Source: Lepidodermella squamata
Lineage: Eukaryota; Animalia; Gastrotricha
DNA length: 64,000 nucleotides
Direction: 5' to 3'
Assembly: GCA_047495785.1 (NCBI GenBank)
Contig: JBLDXI010000007.1
Coordinates: forward strand, 186,001-250,000
The translations under genes were made by a program, and so were the position numbers. Position 1 is the first letter of the stretch. Every line of letters begins with the position of its first letter. Shown here one piece after another: positions 35,590 to 48,552 of the stretch. Below the pieces are notes generated by a model. It searched no databases, had not been told where the DNA came from, and saw only the letters and a list, made by a program, of their open reading frames with translations.

Positions 35590-38576
35590 TTATTTGAGGA
35601 GCACAATGTCTTTCACAAGTTTAGGCAGCGGCAATTCATCAACCAGGTCTGAGACGAATCCAGGCGTGATAAGGCGCCGAACTCGAAGCGCACACAACTT
35701 TTCCAGCCGAGTGACTTGCCGCGCTATAACCGGGAAAAATGTTAATTGTTGAGCTTCAGTGTTATTATTGCCTTCCATAGCGCCAATTATCCAAATCCCA
35801 CGGTATGATTCAGGAATGCTAGCCGAGTAAACGGCGTCAAGTTTTTCAATGTTTTGCCGCGACAATGGGTTGGCGACAAATTTACGCCAGCAATAAGATA
35901 ACGCTGTTTCGCCGTTACGATCAACGCGATTCGCATCGGCGTTTATTTCAATTAGGGTGTTCACAAAATCGGCGGTGAAATCGCTTGATTGGGACGCTAA
36001 CATCAGCATTGTTCTGCCCTCTGTCAACGTCGCGTTCACATCAACGCCGTGTTTTATCAGCAGCGATATAGCCCGGCGATTTCGGCTGCGAATCGCTGCG
36101 GTTAGCGCCTCGGAAGTTAACCGGTAATCAGCGTGCGAATTTGCGCCACTCTTCAGCAGTAATTCAGCGGTTTGAATGTGGTTATTAGTCAAGGCGAGAC
36201 TCAACGCCGTGCATTTAGCTCGATGAAATCCATTTGCTAGCGACCCCATGACATTGGCATCGGCGAAATTTGCCAGTAAAAGTGCGGATATTTTAAGGTG
36301 GCCACGCTCTGATGCGCGCATCAACGCCGTTCGACCGCGGTTATCCTTTGCGTTGACATCCGCCTTAAATTCCATCAATAAATGAACAATCGAGTAGCAC
36401 CCCAAGCTGCATGCTATCATCAGTGCAGTTTCACCAGCGCGATTTCGCATGTCAGGATGGGCCTGATGCGACAGAAGCAACTCGACAAGTTGAACGTGAT
36501 TGGCGCGACACGCTTCAATGAGTGCCGTGTTGTAGTAGACACCCTCTCGCGCGTTAGGATTCGCCGATCGTTCCAGTAACATTTTTGCTATTGGGTAGTT
36601 ACGCGACGATATCGCGCACATTAGCACGGTTTTGCTCGACGCGCTTGAATAAACATCGGCATCGGCGCCGTTTCGCAGCAGAATCTCAACAATTTTCTCA
36701 CTATCGGTGCAAACAGCTCGAACAAGCGCCGCGCCTAATTCCGGTCTCAGTTCCAACTCCTCCAACAAATATTTCACTAAATTGTAGTAATTACGCTCGA
36801 CGGCTGATAACAAAAGAGTCTCAACGTGAGATATCGTTAGATTTTGATAAAATTTCGAGAGAATAGCCGAGCGACGCCTGGATGACAGCCAACCGCGAGG
36901 TTTTATCGCGGCGATTCGTTCAAAAATCGCCAAAACCAGTTCTTGATTCGATTTCTGGTTCGAAAATAGCAATGTGATCGGCGTGCATTGAGCTACTGAT
37001 GATTTCCTAGACAGCATCGATAGCACATCAACCCCAACATCAGCAGTTGATAGAATCGAATAAATGAGTCGAGTTCGGCAAAGGCGAACTGCGACGTGCA
37101 AGATATTTTCTCCTTGGCGCCGCTCAATTTGCTTTTTTGCTGCATTTCGAAGCAAAAAACTGAAAATCAAAAAATTAATAAAATTATCAAAAATTAATTA
37201 TTTTATTTGAAAATTGAGGTTTCTTAATTTAGGTGGTTCATCAATTTTAATGGCGACAAAACAGCAACTTCGCAGAACAGCAAATGCGACAAAACAGCAA
37301 ATTTTTTATTTCACGACAAACCAGCGAAAAATTACTATGTAAAAGATGCATCGTGTTTCTGCTGTTTTGTCGCGTTTGCTGTTTTGGGTATTTGCTGTCA
37401 TATTACGGTCTGTTATTTTAACACCTAAAAACAAAACTCTACCTTAATAAAATTCTAGCCGCCCGTTTTTCGCCAAACGAATTACCGGCTAATTCGAGGG
37501 CTGCCGCGTGTAAGCATCGATGAACAACGAAAAATTGCGGTTTAGTTTCCTCAGCCAAGTGTCTCGCAACGAATGTCTCGCGGCAAAAATCTGCTGCTAC
37601 TTCAACATCAGGACAGTTCCAAAGTAGAGCAAGGTCGCGGATATCAACAGGCTCTCCGGGTGGAAATAGAAGAAAGGTAAAATATCGTCGCGTGAATTTG
37701 AGAAGGGACTCGTGCGCAAAATTGATCTTCAACAATTCACAGGTAATTTTCGCGTTTTTACTCCGCTGATCAAGGGCACCGTGATGAGACGCGTGAATAA
37801 GCGACAATCGAGCAAAAATTTGATCGAAAAGCGCCTCGCCATGATTTGTTGATAGCAGTCCTGGAAAAGAGGTTAAAAATTCGAAACTCTCAAATTTTTG
37901 GGTTTTTACCTGATATAAGCAATAACGCAACAGGTTGAGTCCCACAAACATCAGCCAATTTGTTAATTTTTTGCTCAGAATTCGTCAGTTTTTCACCAAG
38001 TAGATCAAAAAGCAGCCGTTTCCGTTCGGCAAGGCTCAGCTCACGAAGATGGACAAAATCCGAAATGAAATAATTGGTATGCGGCGGGAATGCGATTGAA
38101 TTGAGCGAAATCGGCGCGCTGCTGTTGCCCGAGTTGGACGTTGAAATAAGCAAGCATCGAAATTGCGGGTAGACTGACATGGCTGAGATGAATTTAAGCG
38201 ACTCGAGGCACGTCGCGTGATCGAAAACGAGTAATACTTTGCGCGGATCGTTCAAGTTGAAATTCGGCATGTCGCCATTTTCGCTAATTGGAATGTCTAA
38301 TGAGGTAGCTAAGTGATTTCGAAGATGAGTTTCACGGCTAGCTGGCGCAACGTCGTTAAGCAGGGTGGCCAAATCGAACCAAACAACAGTCAAAATGCCG
38401 CATGAACTGCGCAGGAATTGATCGTGATCTTCGGCGAGATTGCGAACAAACGCGGTTTTTCCAACCCCGCGAGACCCTGTCACGACCAGAAATGACCCGT
38501 GGTCCGGTGACTCAGCCTGGGCGAATTTTTTCACAGCGCATCGCAACTCTTCATCTTGCTTGCGAGGTAGATACAT
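35590..38576 (-). CDS. NB-ARC/STAND-like P-loop NTPase, winged helix, ankyrin repeats and SOCS box (~884 aa)
   Basis: Exons 38576-37910, 37860-37443, 37159-35590 splice in frame. Walker A GSRGVGKT, Walker B LLVFDH, GxP-like CGTQPVAL, LALLW..VVHRCLH; ~9 ankyrin repeats (G.TALM.A); SOCS box RLEKLCALRVR..LPLPKLVKDIV. An extra 5' exon is not excluded (acceptor at 38599). Confidence 0.8.
37250..37402. repeat. Intronic foldback element made of gacaaaacagca sub-repeats
   Basis: gcgacaaaacagca repeats followed by the inverted tgctgttttgtcgc. Confidence 0.65.
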
Positions 38577-39701
38577 GGCTTGAAATGTCCCTATCAACCT
38601 GAGGATTGAAAAGATTGAGGTCAGAAATTCATAGACCAATTTTTTGCTATGTGTTTAACGCGGTCATATTGTCCGAGAACTAATGTATGCTCTGTATCTC
38701 ACGCATGAGGCCAGAATTCTATGGTTGAATGGTTGTCTCGTTATTAGCCAGGCCAATTTAGGCCATAACACGTATTATGGCTTATAGTTAGGTTTTAAAG
38801 TAAGAATTAATTTCGCCGCGCCTTGCCAGGATTTTCTTACATTTTCAGCGGGCTTAAATTGAGTGCTAAATTCTAATAAAAATTCTTAAATTGAAATTAT
38901 GAATTGAAATTAAAAAAAAATTATAAAAGATTTAAAAAATTTTAAATTAAAATATTATTAAAACTACTAATTAATAATCAAATTACTAATTACTAATTAA
39001 ATCCTGCAGCAATTAAAATAAAATTATTAGCATGGATCAAAGACCAACTTTAAAATTGTTGCAGGGCGAAGTTTGGATTTGATGCGACTGAAGTTTAAAA
39101 ATTATTGAAAAAACATACGTTTTTGGTTCCAAGTAGGTCGGACGTCGAGTTACCATGCTCTACACTGGCAGCAAGACGATACGTATTAAATCCATCTCTC
39201 CAGTTGCTCTTTTTGACACTGATATTTGCTTTTACACCGCGAAAGCCGCAGTTAAGCCCGGCTGCCGGGTTTTTTTTGCGGATTTAACAAAACAGGAGCT
39301 CAATTGCCCACATAAGCATCATCACACATTTTTGAATTCCAGCAGTAAAAACGTTCTACAAGTGCGTTTTATTGTTATTTTTTCGAGGGGGAAAAACCTG
39401 TGTTTTTTGCGTGAGATGCGAAATGGTGTGGTTAGCGAGCATCGCAGACACAAAGCGCGGTGTTTTTTTCGACACCTGAATTTGCATTTTATATCGTCAC
39501 CTACCCGTGCAATATACCTAGTTGTAATAAATAATACGCGGCCTCGGAAGCAGCCAAATCCTAGTGCAGCTGTGTTACCATACGTTAATAAAATTCATGT
39601 CACCCCATGGCAGTTTATTACTCGTTATGACAAGATAAGATTATAAGCATTGATAATATAGAATAATGTATCTTAGAAACCAATCCTGATAAAGCGAAAT
39701 T

Positions 39702-42700
39702 TCACGGATTTTGCAGGCAATTTCCGTCAAAATGGTTTTCAACCCGCGTTTCAGGACGGTTGAAGCCGCGGTAGAGAAGGCGCATCTCAGGGCTTGTGCA
39801 TCGATCAGCTTGATGTCCTCGACCGCCGCAGTTTTGACAGACCCGGAAAACTGGCGGTACCGATACTTGTGAGGCCTTCGACTCGGCCGTTTCATTATTA
39901 ACATATCGAATTGACATTTTTCGCAAGACTCTATCCCATAAAAAACGGCCACGCTATATAATTTCGAAAAAATATTTAAAAATTTTAAAAATTAAAATGT
40001 CCCACCCCTAGGCAAGTATTCCGCAGGTATTGCGACAGCAAATGCTCGAGAACCAGCAAAACCATGCATATTGAAATTCCGAAAAAGAGAAGCACAAAAG
40101 CCGATGTGAAGTTCATGACGCCAAGTTGGTAGCTTTTCTGCAGGTCCTGCTTTTTATACCGCTGGCAATCGCCAGTCAGCCAAAAGTCTGTCAACTGCTG
40201 AATGAACCCGTTATGCTGGTAGTCGATGATGTATTTATCGAAAATTTGTGTCCATTTCGAGCCTTTCGGGAAGCCGAGGGCATAGCCAGTGGTTGCGTAC
40301 CATTTGCCGACGATTTTCAGCTTGCATTGCTTATCTCGGCTGCTTTTGTACTCGAGAACTTTCGCGTCGTAAATAAACGCGTCCAGAGAGCCGTTTTTCA
40401 CCGCTGATACGCCATCGTCGACATTGCTTTTGTTGAACTGGCGCATGTATTCAAACATATCGGGATAGTTTTGCTTCAGGAAGGTCTCAGTGGCTCCGTG
40501 GCTGATAGTAGCGAATCGCCAAGGTGGGTTCTTGGTGTAGGGATTTTTTATTCTCGAGTCTTCCAAGCCAGAAAAATCGTGAAAATCCTCCTTCGTTATC
40601 ATGAAAACCGCCTGAAAATTAATATGTTGTATTCATGTATCGAATTATTTATATTGTTAATGTTTGAACAATCATATTCATCTTTAATACAGTTTTTAGC
40701 AAACCAATGATTTTTGGGTGGGTTTAGGGGTTGGGATTAGGTTCAGGACTTGGTTCAGGGTTCAGGGAACAGGGTTCAGGGCTTGGTTTGGGTTCAGGTT
40801 AGGTATAGGGATCAGGTTTCAGGATTCAGGTTAGGGTTAGGGAACAAGGTTCAGGGTTCGCGATCAGGGTTCAGGTTAGGCTTAGGGAATAGGATTCAGG
40901 GTTCAGGGTTCAGGGTTATGGGTATGGGTTATAGGTCAGGGTTATGAGTTGGGGTTAGGTTGAGTTTCGGGATTTGAACAAGTTGATTTTAGGGCTCTCG
41001 CACTTCCCGTTCGAAAAAATCAGAAGTATAGTAAACAAATGATGACTCACCAGATTAGCCATGTAAGAGGAAGAGAAAATGACGCAGAACATGCCCCAGA
41101 CGCACGTCATAAGTTTGGCGCTGAGGCTCTTAGGAATTTCGACCCTAACTACGGCTTTGAACAGCATTGACCAAGATAGCCAAAGCGAGGAAAACGGCGA
41201 AAACCGGCAAGCTGGTTACAGAATTTTTTCAACTTAAAATTCCGACCAGCTCGCTGAAAACTTACGATTTTGAGCAGTGTTATCGTTGCCTCTGAAAAGA
41301 GTGCTCGAATATTCGAATAGGAAAGTCGATACGGCACAAATATTGATTAGACCTGCCAAAATCGCAAACCAGGTTTCAGGCGAGAAAGGCTCTGAAATTC
41401 AAAATTTTAGCAAAATTCTTTATATTTCGTCGAAATTAAACCTAGAAAAGCCGTGGCGGAAGTCGCAACCTCTCTAACGCTAACCAACATGGTGATACCC
41501 TGCAGATAAAACAGGTTAAATTGCTAAAAATTGATAGAAACCAAACGAACCGTTTCGAGAAACGGAACCGAAAACTCAATGACTTGGCTTCGATCGCGGT
41601 TGATTTTCAAGCTAGTTATCGCGAGTTCAGCCTCCCCTGACATCAAAGCCTTTACTAAGCCATTCCACTGACCATCCTGCCGAAAAATCTTATATCCATA
41701 CAGAAAAAGGTTGGATTTCACAACAAATTGACTTTCTCTAGACCTTTTAACAAATTATAGAAATAATTAAGAAAATTTACATTGTGAGTACTGCCCCATT
41801 TTCGATCGTTTACTTCTGAAAGCTGAAACCGAAAACCGATATCTTCAGACAGCCTTCGCAGCAAGTCGACACAGAAACCGATACAGCAAATCCATGAATC
41901 ATTAGAATTATGCCCGATAGCTCGCATTTTATCGTTGACTTCAAGCGGTTTTATGCTGGAACCTTTCAAATTCGTATGCTCCAAATGGGCTAGTGGTGAC
42001 AGCTGGCACGGTATAGCAGTTCGAGAGCAAGACTTGGTGACAGGATTAACTGGCTCGTAGATAATATAAGGCGGCTCTTGCAGGGTTACAACTTTTATCG
42101 TTTCATAATCGTTGTCGACAACATCTTCCATAGCATGAAATACCTCCGTGGTTTTGAGGACTAGACCCGTTTTTCGTGTCCATTCGCCGAATGTTGTCCA
42201 CCTTCGCCGCGCGTCCAGGTTCAGTAGTAAGACTTTGTTCAACTCCATCGTGCCGCCATCGTCGAATTCTACGGAATCGCTTACATTACCACGCATGATA
42301 GGAACCTTACTCGTTCGAATGAACCTATTAAAAAAGGTCAGAATTTTAAGATGGGAAATTTGAGGTCAATTTACTCGATAAAGTCATCTTTTGGCGCCCA
42401 GTCGGTTTTGAGACGGTCATCGCAGACACTAGCCGGTGAAAGCCTTTCAGTAGCAGCATACGGCTCCTGAGCCAGCCTCCTAATAGCACTCGACCATATG
42501 TGAGCCGCAGCTTTAAGCGCGCCTAATTGCGCCTCGTAACTCGTATCATAGGTGACTACAACAGTCCCAGGTGCGAATGCCATGGCCTGCGATTTTAGAT
42601 CGTCATCGCCCAAGACTGGCTTGGCACATACCCAAGAGTACTCGGATGACGTCATACCCAGAGTTCGCGCCTCGGCGAAAATCTCGCTCGCCTCTTCTTT

Positions 42701-44121
42701 TGAAGTATACAGAACTATGAATCGTGTCTTGTCGTTATCTCGGATTGCTATCAGTTTCGAACGAACTATCTCGCGCCAATTCGAGCCTAGCTTCACGGTT
42801 CTCATAAGCCGAGACCCGGCGTAGTGTTGGACATGGATGTAGTTCGACGTTCGAGGGCTAGCCTCGCGGGTCTCCCGTTCAGACAGGCGATGCATTTCGT
42901 CGACGAAAGCTTCGTGCCCCGGTGTTTGGAGAGATTCGATCAGGCTGAATTTTTGGAATGAATGGGTTTTCAGGAATTCGTATAGAGCCTGAGCTTGGCT
43001 TCGAATTGAAGGAGCCAGTAGAAAATGAGGCGACCTGTCTAGCACAAGGTTGTCAGATTCGAGTTCGTATGCATTCGTGCTCCATTGAATAACCGGCATA
43101 CCAGCTATATAGGAATAGAGTAGGCTTTTAGCAAATTGAAGTTGATACCATTTCGAAATAAAATTGGAGACAAACATTCTTGCTCGGAAAGTCTTACCGG
43201 GATTGGCCCAAAATTGTGGACACCCTAAGTTGAAAGCTTAGAGCTTTGGTCCTTAATATCCATTTGTGCACAACTGATAAAAATTGGCAAATTTCACTGA
43301 AAAATATCTTTATTTTTGGGCTTTCCAGCGGTACCAAATTTGCCAGTACTTTCATTAATCATTGATTTAAAAAAATCAAAATGAGCTTCTAAATTCTCAA
43401 AAATTTACCTGCCGATCGAGATTCCTCGGGCCAGGGCTTGGCAATTTTCTTCCATTTTTAGACAATTTTTTTCAAATTGGATAACGTGTTTTTCCCAGAG
43501 TTAAGACCCAGGACCCATTACGTTATTTTGGGAAAGTTCATTGCTGGAAACCTGAATTTAGGCTGTCCAATTGGCACCCTATTTCTCTATAGGTCAATAA
43601 AAGGACACATAGTGGAATTTCAGATAATTTATAACTTCATGTGGTCCATTGATCTCACCTGCATTGGCCAGCATTGTTATGAAATTGGCCAAATGAGTTC
43701 CAGCCGATCCTTGAATCGAGCTATCTGCCAAGACAAAAACCGCATTGATGCCTTCAGCGGCCGGCGAGCAGAAGACATCGCGAACAGTCGAGTGTAAACT
43801 AGCGCCAGTAGCGTAAACGGGATTGACCTGCAATCTGTAAACAACGCGGCGATTAGGAACTCGCCGCCCATACATGCCAGCCCGTGTCGATGTCACATTG
43901 AAAAAATGTCGCAGTTGATCGCGAACTTGGCTCGACGTCAAATTACGAGTAGGCAGGACAAAGGCTATTGTCACCGTTTCAACGGTATACAGACCTCGCG
44001 CGACCGAACTCAAATCAGCATCGGATCCTAGATCGACGACTTTTTCAGCGGAATTTTGCGTTGAAATCGCGTCGAAAAAGGTGATCGCGACAATCACAAC
44101 TGCTATTGACAGCCTGGCCAT
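39702..44121 (-). CDS. NR2-D: GluN2/NMR-2-like iGluR subunit with C-terminal CCHC knuckle
   Basis: Signal peptide and ATD; VVTLQEPPY, CCIGFCVDLL, WNGLV, SLKINRDRS..FSVPFLET, WSMLFKAVV, SYMANL|AVFMI, AFIYDA, TGYALGFPKGS; last exon CQNCGGRGHQADRC. Confidence 0.9.
40715..40962 (+). repeat. Degenerate telomere-like G-rich repeat (TTAGGG/TTCAGGG) in an NR2-D intron
   Basis: About 250 bp of ggttcagg/ggttaggg units. Confidence 0.85.
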
Positions 44122-44550
44122 AAATTAATAGGAAAATATTTCGCGTAAATCATGTAAAGTGACAACAATGCAGTGATGTTTGTGAGCTGTCAGCCACCTT
44201 ATTAGCGCTGCTATTCACTTATTTTTTGCCTAATAATTCGCCGAAGGGTGGCATTTAGCGGCTTTGTCAAAAGTTGTTATTTGCTGAGAGATATAACAAC
44301 GCGCAGCGTCAAATGTATACTCAATAATAATAGAATTGTCGAGTTGGTGCATCGGATTTTTATTTTCAGTTGAGCAACAATTTCCGTATATATGTAAAAA
44401 TATACTCGAAGGCCAGCGTTCGGTTTCGATAAACATGCGGTCAAGCAAACAGTCGGGGCTGATACTTTTTATTTACGAAAGCCGGATACAATAAATATGA
44501 GACAATAATATATTTATATCGCTCTTTTGTCCGAGGTCAAAATGCAGTGA

Positions 44551-47500
44551 TTAGTCGCCGATAATATGCTTCATATGCGGACTGGTGCAGTCTATCGAGT
44601 TATGACCAATGCCGTTGCAATTCGAACAAACGATAGGCTCGGCTTCAACGCCGTCTACAGTTATGCAACGATTTTCTTTTGGCATGTAGATGAAGAATAA
44701 ATTGTCCAGCATCGCATCGATTTTTCGCTCCAGCTTTCTCTTGGCCTGAAAATTGTAAATAAAATTTGAATATTCCACCTTAATTAGTGCTAAAATTGCT
44801 CATCGCTTGCGCATTTTCACCTTTCCGGGGGTTCACCTTTTAAAAAATTCTTAGAAAATTTAAATTGTTTAAAAATCCTTCGCTTAAAAGCAAAATTAAT
44901 CACCTGATTGGGTGTGCCGTAATATGGGACAGAAATAAATATGAGGCTCATCCTTAGTAATAAAGTTTCCGAAATATTTCTATAGTTATAATTCCGACTT
45001 ACACATATAGACCCATTTTGTACGATTTGATTAAATATTTTGAGGGAATTAAAGTTCAATATTTAATGCGCTTACACCCTTAATAAAATCGATATTTATA
45101 CCAAATCTGCTTTGTTAGCCGGGAATCGTTTACGGCAAGGCAGCAGGAACAAAGCCGCCGCGAAGCCGAGTGTAAGAAGAATGAAGACAGACTGGATGTT
45201 TCGAATGCCGACTTGTTGACTTTTAACTTCATTCACCTGTGTATCACACTTCCCCGACATCCAATATCCACGTAAACTGTCGATATAACCTTTCGCCTGG
45301 TATTCGATGAGTAATTTGTCGAAAGTGTGGTGCCACAGGGAGCCCTGTTGGAACCCGATCCCGTAACCGGTGTTAGCGTGAACCTTTCCAGTCAAACGCA
45401 GCGAGCAATCTTTATCCCGTTTTGCTTTGTAAGCCAGGGCAGATGCGTCGTAAATAAAAGCGTCCAGCAATCTATTTTTACATAATATTAATAAGAAAAA
45501 ATTAATTTCAGAGATTTACCCGGTCTTAAGCGCAATCATAGCATCGTCAACTGATGTTTGGCTGTTGCCTTTAATCGATTCGTAAACCACTGGATAGTTG
45601 AATCTCAGGTATGCCTCAGTTGCCCCAGAGCTCAAAGTCGCGAACCGCCACGGTGGGCTTTTACTATGCGGATTTAGAATCCTCATATCGTCCAAACCAC
45701 CGAATTCGAAATAGTCATCCTTTGTTATCATGAAAACCGCCTGAAAATAAATTATGAAAAAAACGCACTGATATCGAATTAACTTATACGAACCAAATTA
45801 GCTGTGTAGGATGACGTGAAAATCAGGCAGAACATTGCCCAAACCCATGTCATTAATCTAGCCGCTATGCTATGCTTAGGTAATTCGACTGGAACAGTTG
45901 CCTTGAGCAGCATGGTATAGACACACCATAGGGCAGCGGAAAATGACAAGTTATGACCTGAAACGGATTAAAGAATTACTTGATTCCGCAAAAACTATTG
46001 CTAATACCTGGTTTCCATTTAGGGCTATTTCGAAACACAACGTAATCAAATCCGAAAATTAGACACCCTGAAATTAAGGAGACGCAGAAAATTCCGAGCC
46101 AGGCGTTCATCGAGAACGGCTCCAATATTGCGGTTGTTGAAGCTGTTGCATCTTTAACCGATACTGCCATAGTAATACCCTAAAATTTACGGAAAATTAT
46201 CGCCCAGTCGTTTTTTGAAAAGCTTACAGTTTCGAGAATAGGAATGCTGAAATCAACGACTTCACTCCGCTCCTTGTTGATTTTCAACGAAGTCACGACA
46301 ATGTCAGCCTGGTCGACAATTAGAGATCTCACTAGGCCGTTCCATTGGCCTGTTTTATCGGCCGCGCCCCATTTTCGATCAGGAACTTCGAACAGCTCGA
46401 TTTTGAAGTTCAAATCTTTCGCAAGTCGCAGTAAGACATCCATAAATAGCCCAGTCGCACATTGAATGTCAGCCCCTGGTATAATAGGACTGGTGTATTT
46501 ATCGGAATCTCTCTTATCGTAGTTGGCCCAGGAGAAGTTAACCGGCGCCATGCGGATAGGAATCTGCCCGATTTCGCATATTGTCTCACCACTATCCGAA
46601 CGGCTTTTCGGCTCACGGTACATGACAAAGGGCGGCTCGCTTAGCGTGGCTACGCGGAATTTAAGCGATGTTTTCACGTGTTTGTCATGCTCGTCAGCTT
46701 CGTGTATAAAGCCGGTTGTTCTATTCCAAGATCCGAAATGGCGCCATTTCCGGTCTTCGGCAAATTCGAGAAACACAATTTGCTCGTGCAATGCTCCGTC
46801 TTTAACACTCTCAGCCATGCTTTGATCTATAAGGCTTCAAATCACCAACAAATGTGATTAAAATAAACATTAAAATTAATTAATTAAAATGAAAATAAAA
46901 CAAAAATATTTAAACATTCCCGAATGTGCACAAATGTTTTTAATCGCCAAAAATCAGATAAAATTCCTAAAATCGCTAAAATTTGCAGATAAATCGGAAT
47001 CCATCTTTGAATGATATTTAAATTTTTTTCTGAAATAGAATTTATTTTTAATCCTCATAAAATCGGTTTTGTCTAAATTTACCCCACGTTACGGTATTTT
47101 TTAAATTTTATTTCTCAATTTTAAATATTATACCTGTTTAGGAATTCGCCGTTAACCCAAGGTTTCAGAACCATATCATGGCACACATTTCTCGGCGCCG
47201 CATTTAGCTGGGTAATATTGGCAAATTTTATGAATTTTTGCAGCGTCCTCATGTAGATGTCCGCACCAGCCTCGATTGCCTCAACTTGCGCCTCCACCGA
47301 CATGTTATAGGTGACCGCAATCGAACCAGGCGGTAGATTGGTTAGGCTTTTACCAAGATTATCGCCGCCTAAGACTGGCCTCATGCACAGCCACTTGAAC
47401 TGGGCCGATGTCATGCCTAACGAGTTGGCTTCTCGCAATATCTCATTCGCTAAAAACTCGCCAGAGAAAACGACTACAACATGACTTTTCGCTGCCGAAC

Positions 47501-48442
47501 CACGGATGAGAAGCAAATCCGAGCGAAGAGAAGACCGCCAATCTGAGGGTAGAATCCGCGCCTGGAGACGACGTTTATCCAGCTCGATGTGATCGTCAAC
47601 AATCGGCCCGTCCGTTCGACCGTGCTCCATGGCTAATAGGATCCGAACAAAAACGTCATGACCTGGTTGAGTTTCAGAGGCGATGATGCTGAATCGGCTT
47701 TTCGGATGCTTATCCAAGTAGGAAATTACAGCCTACAGAAAATTGTGAGATATTATTCTTCGAAATTTTTCCTTACTTGAGCATAACTTTGAATAGAAGG
47801 CGCGTGGATAAAGTGCGGAAGCCTGTTCATAGTCAATGAAGAACTGCCCAGCTCTGAAATTGATGAGCTCCATGCTAGCGTTGGAATTCCTATATTAGTC
47901 GCCTGAAAATGGACGATATTCGCGAGTGAATTCGCGCTCTCGCCCTGAACGGCCTTGTTAACCATAAGAAACACCGCATTAACACCCCATTCGGCTGCAT
48001 CGACTGGGCAAAACATGCGGCGAATAATTTGAACTAAGGATAAGTTATCAGGCTGGACAGGATTTATCTGCATCCGGAAGATGACTGTCTCACGACTTGG
48101 GTGCTGAGCGATCCCCACGTGACTCTGACTCAATAACCCATCCAATTTCCGTTGAAGGTAGTCAGGAAAATAGCCTTTTGGCGGTAATAGATATGAGATT
48201 GTCAGGGGGACTACAGGCACCTTTTGCGGGTAGATTTTAACCGGCTCAGAGACATTTTTGTCCTTTCTTCGCGGGTATTTGATCAAACGGCGACTTGACG
48301 GCGATGAATTAGAACGGGGCGGGGATGTACTTTGAGCCGAATTCCGATTGAAGAGGAGCTTAATCGAACCATCCCAAACTGCGGGGTGAAATGACTGAAC
48401 AAGGTTAACCCCCAGAAAAATTTGGAAAATTAGAAATTTCAT
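44551..48442 (-). CDS. NR2-C: GluN2-like iGluR subunit with C-terminal CCHC knuckle
   Basis: VATLSEPPF, KWG..GQWNGLV, SLKINKERSEVVDFSIP, YTMLLKATV, SYTANL|AVFMI, AFIYDA, TGYGIGF; last exon CSNCNGIGHNSIDC. Confidence 0.9.
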
Positions 48443-48552
48443 AGTAAAAAATAGAGTTTAATTTATTATTTTAGCTCTCGGCAAAACATATTGGTATCAA
48501 GTTACAAAAGCATTCTAGTTTACAGCTTTCGATATCAAATTGCGTTCTCGTA

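Noticed and set aside
39702-39926. Zinc-knuckle ORFs as independent retrotransposon gag remnants
   Set aside because: No RT, integrase or LTRs nearby. Each occupies the same position after M4 with an in-frame splice acceptor in all four genes.
40750-40947. Gly/Arg-rich 65-aa ORF
   Set aside because: Translation of the intronic G-rich repeat.
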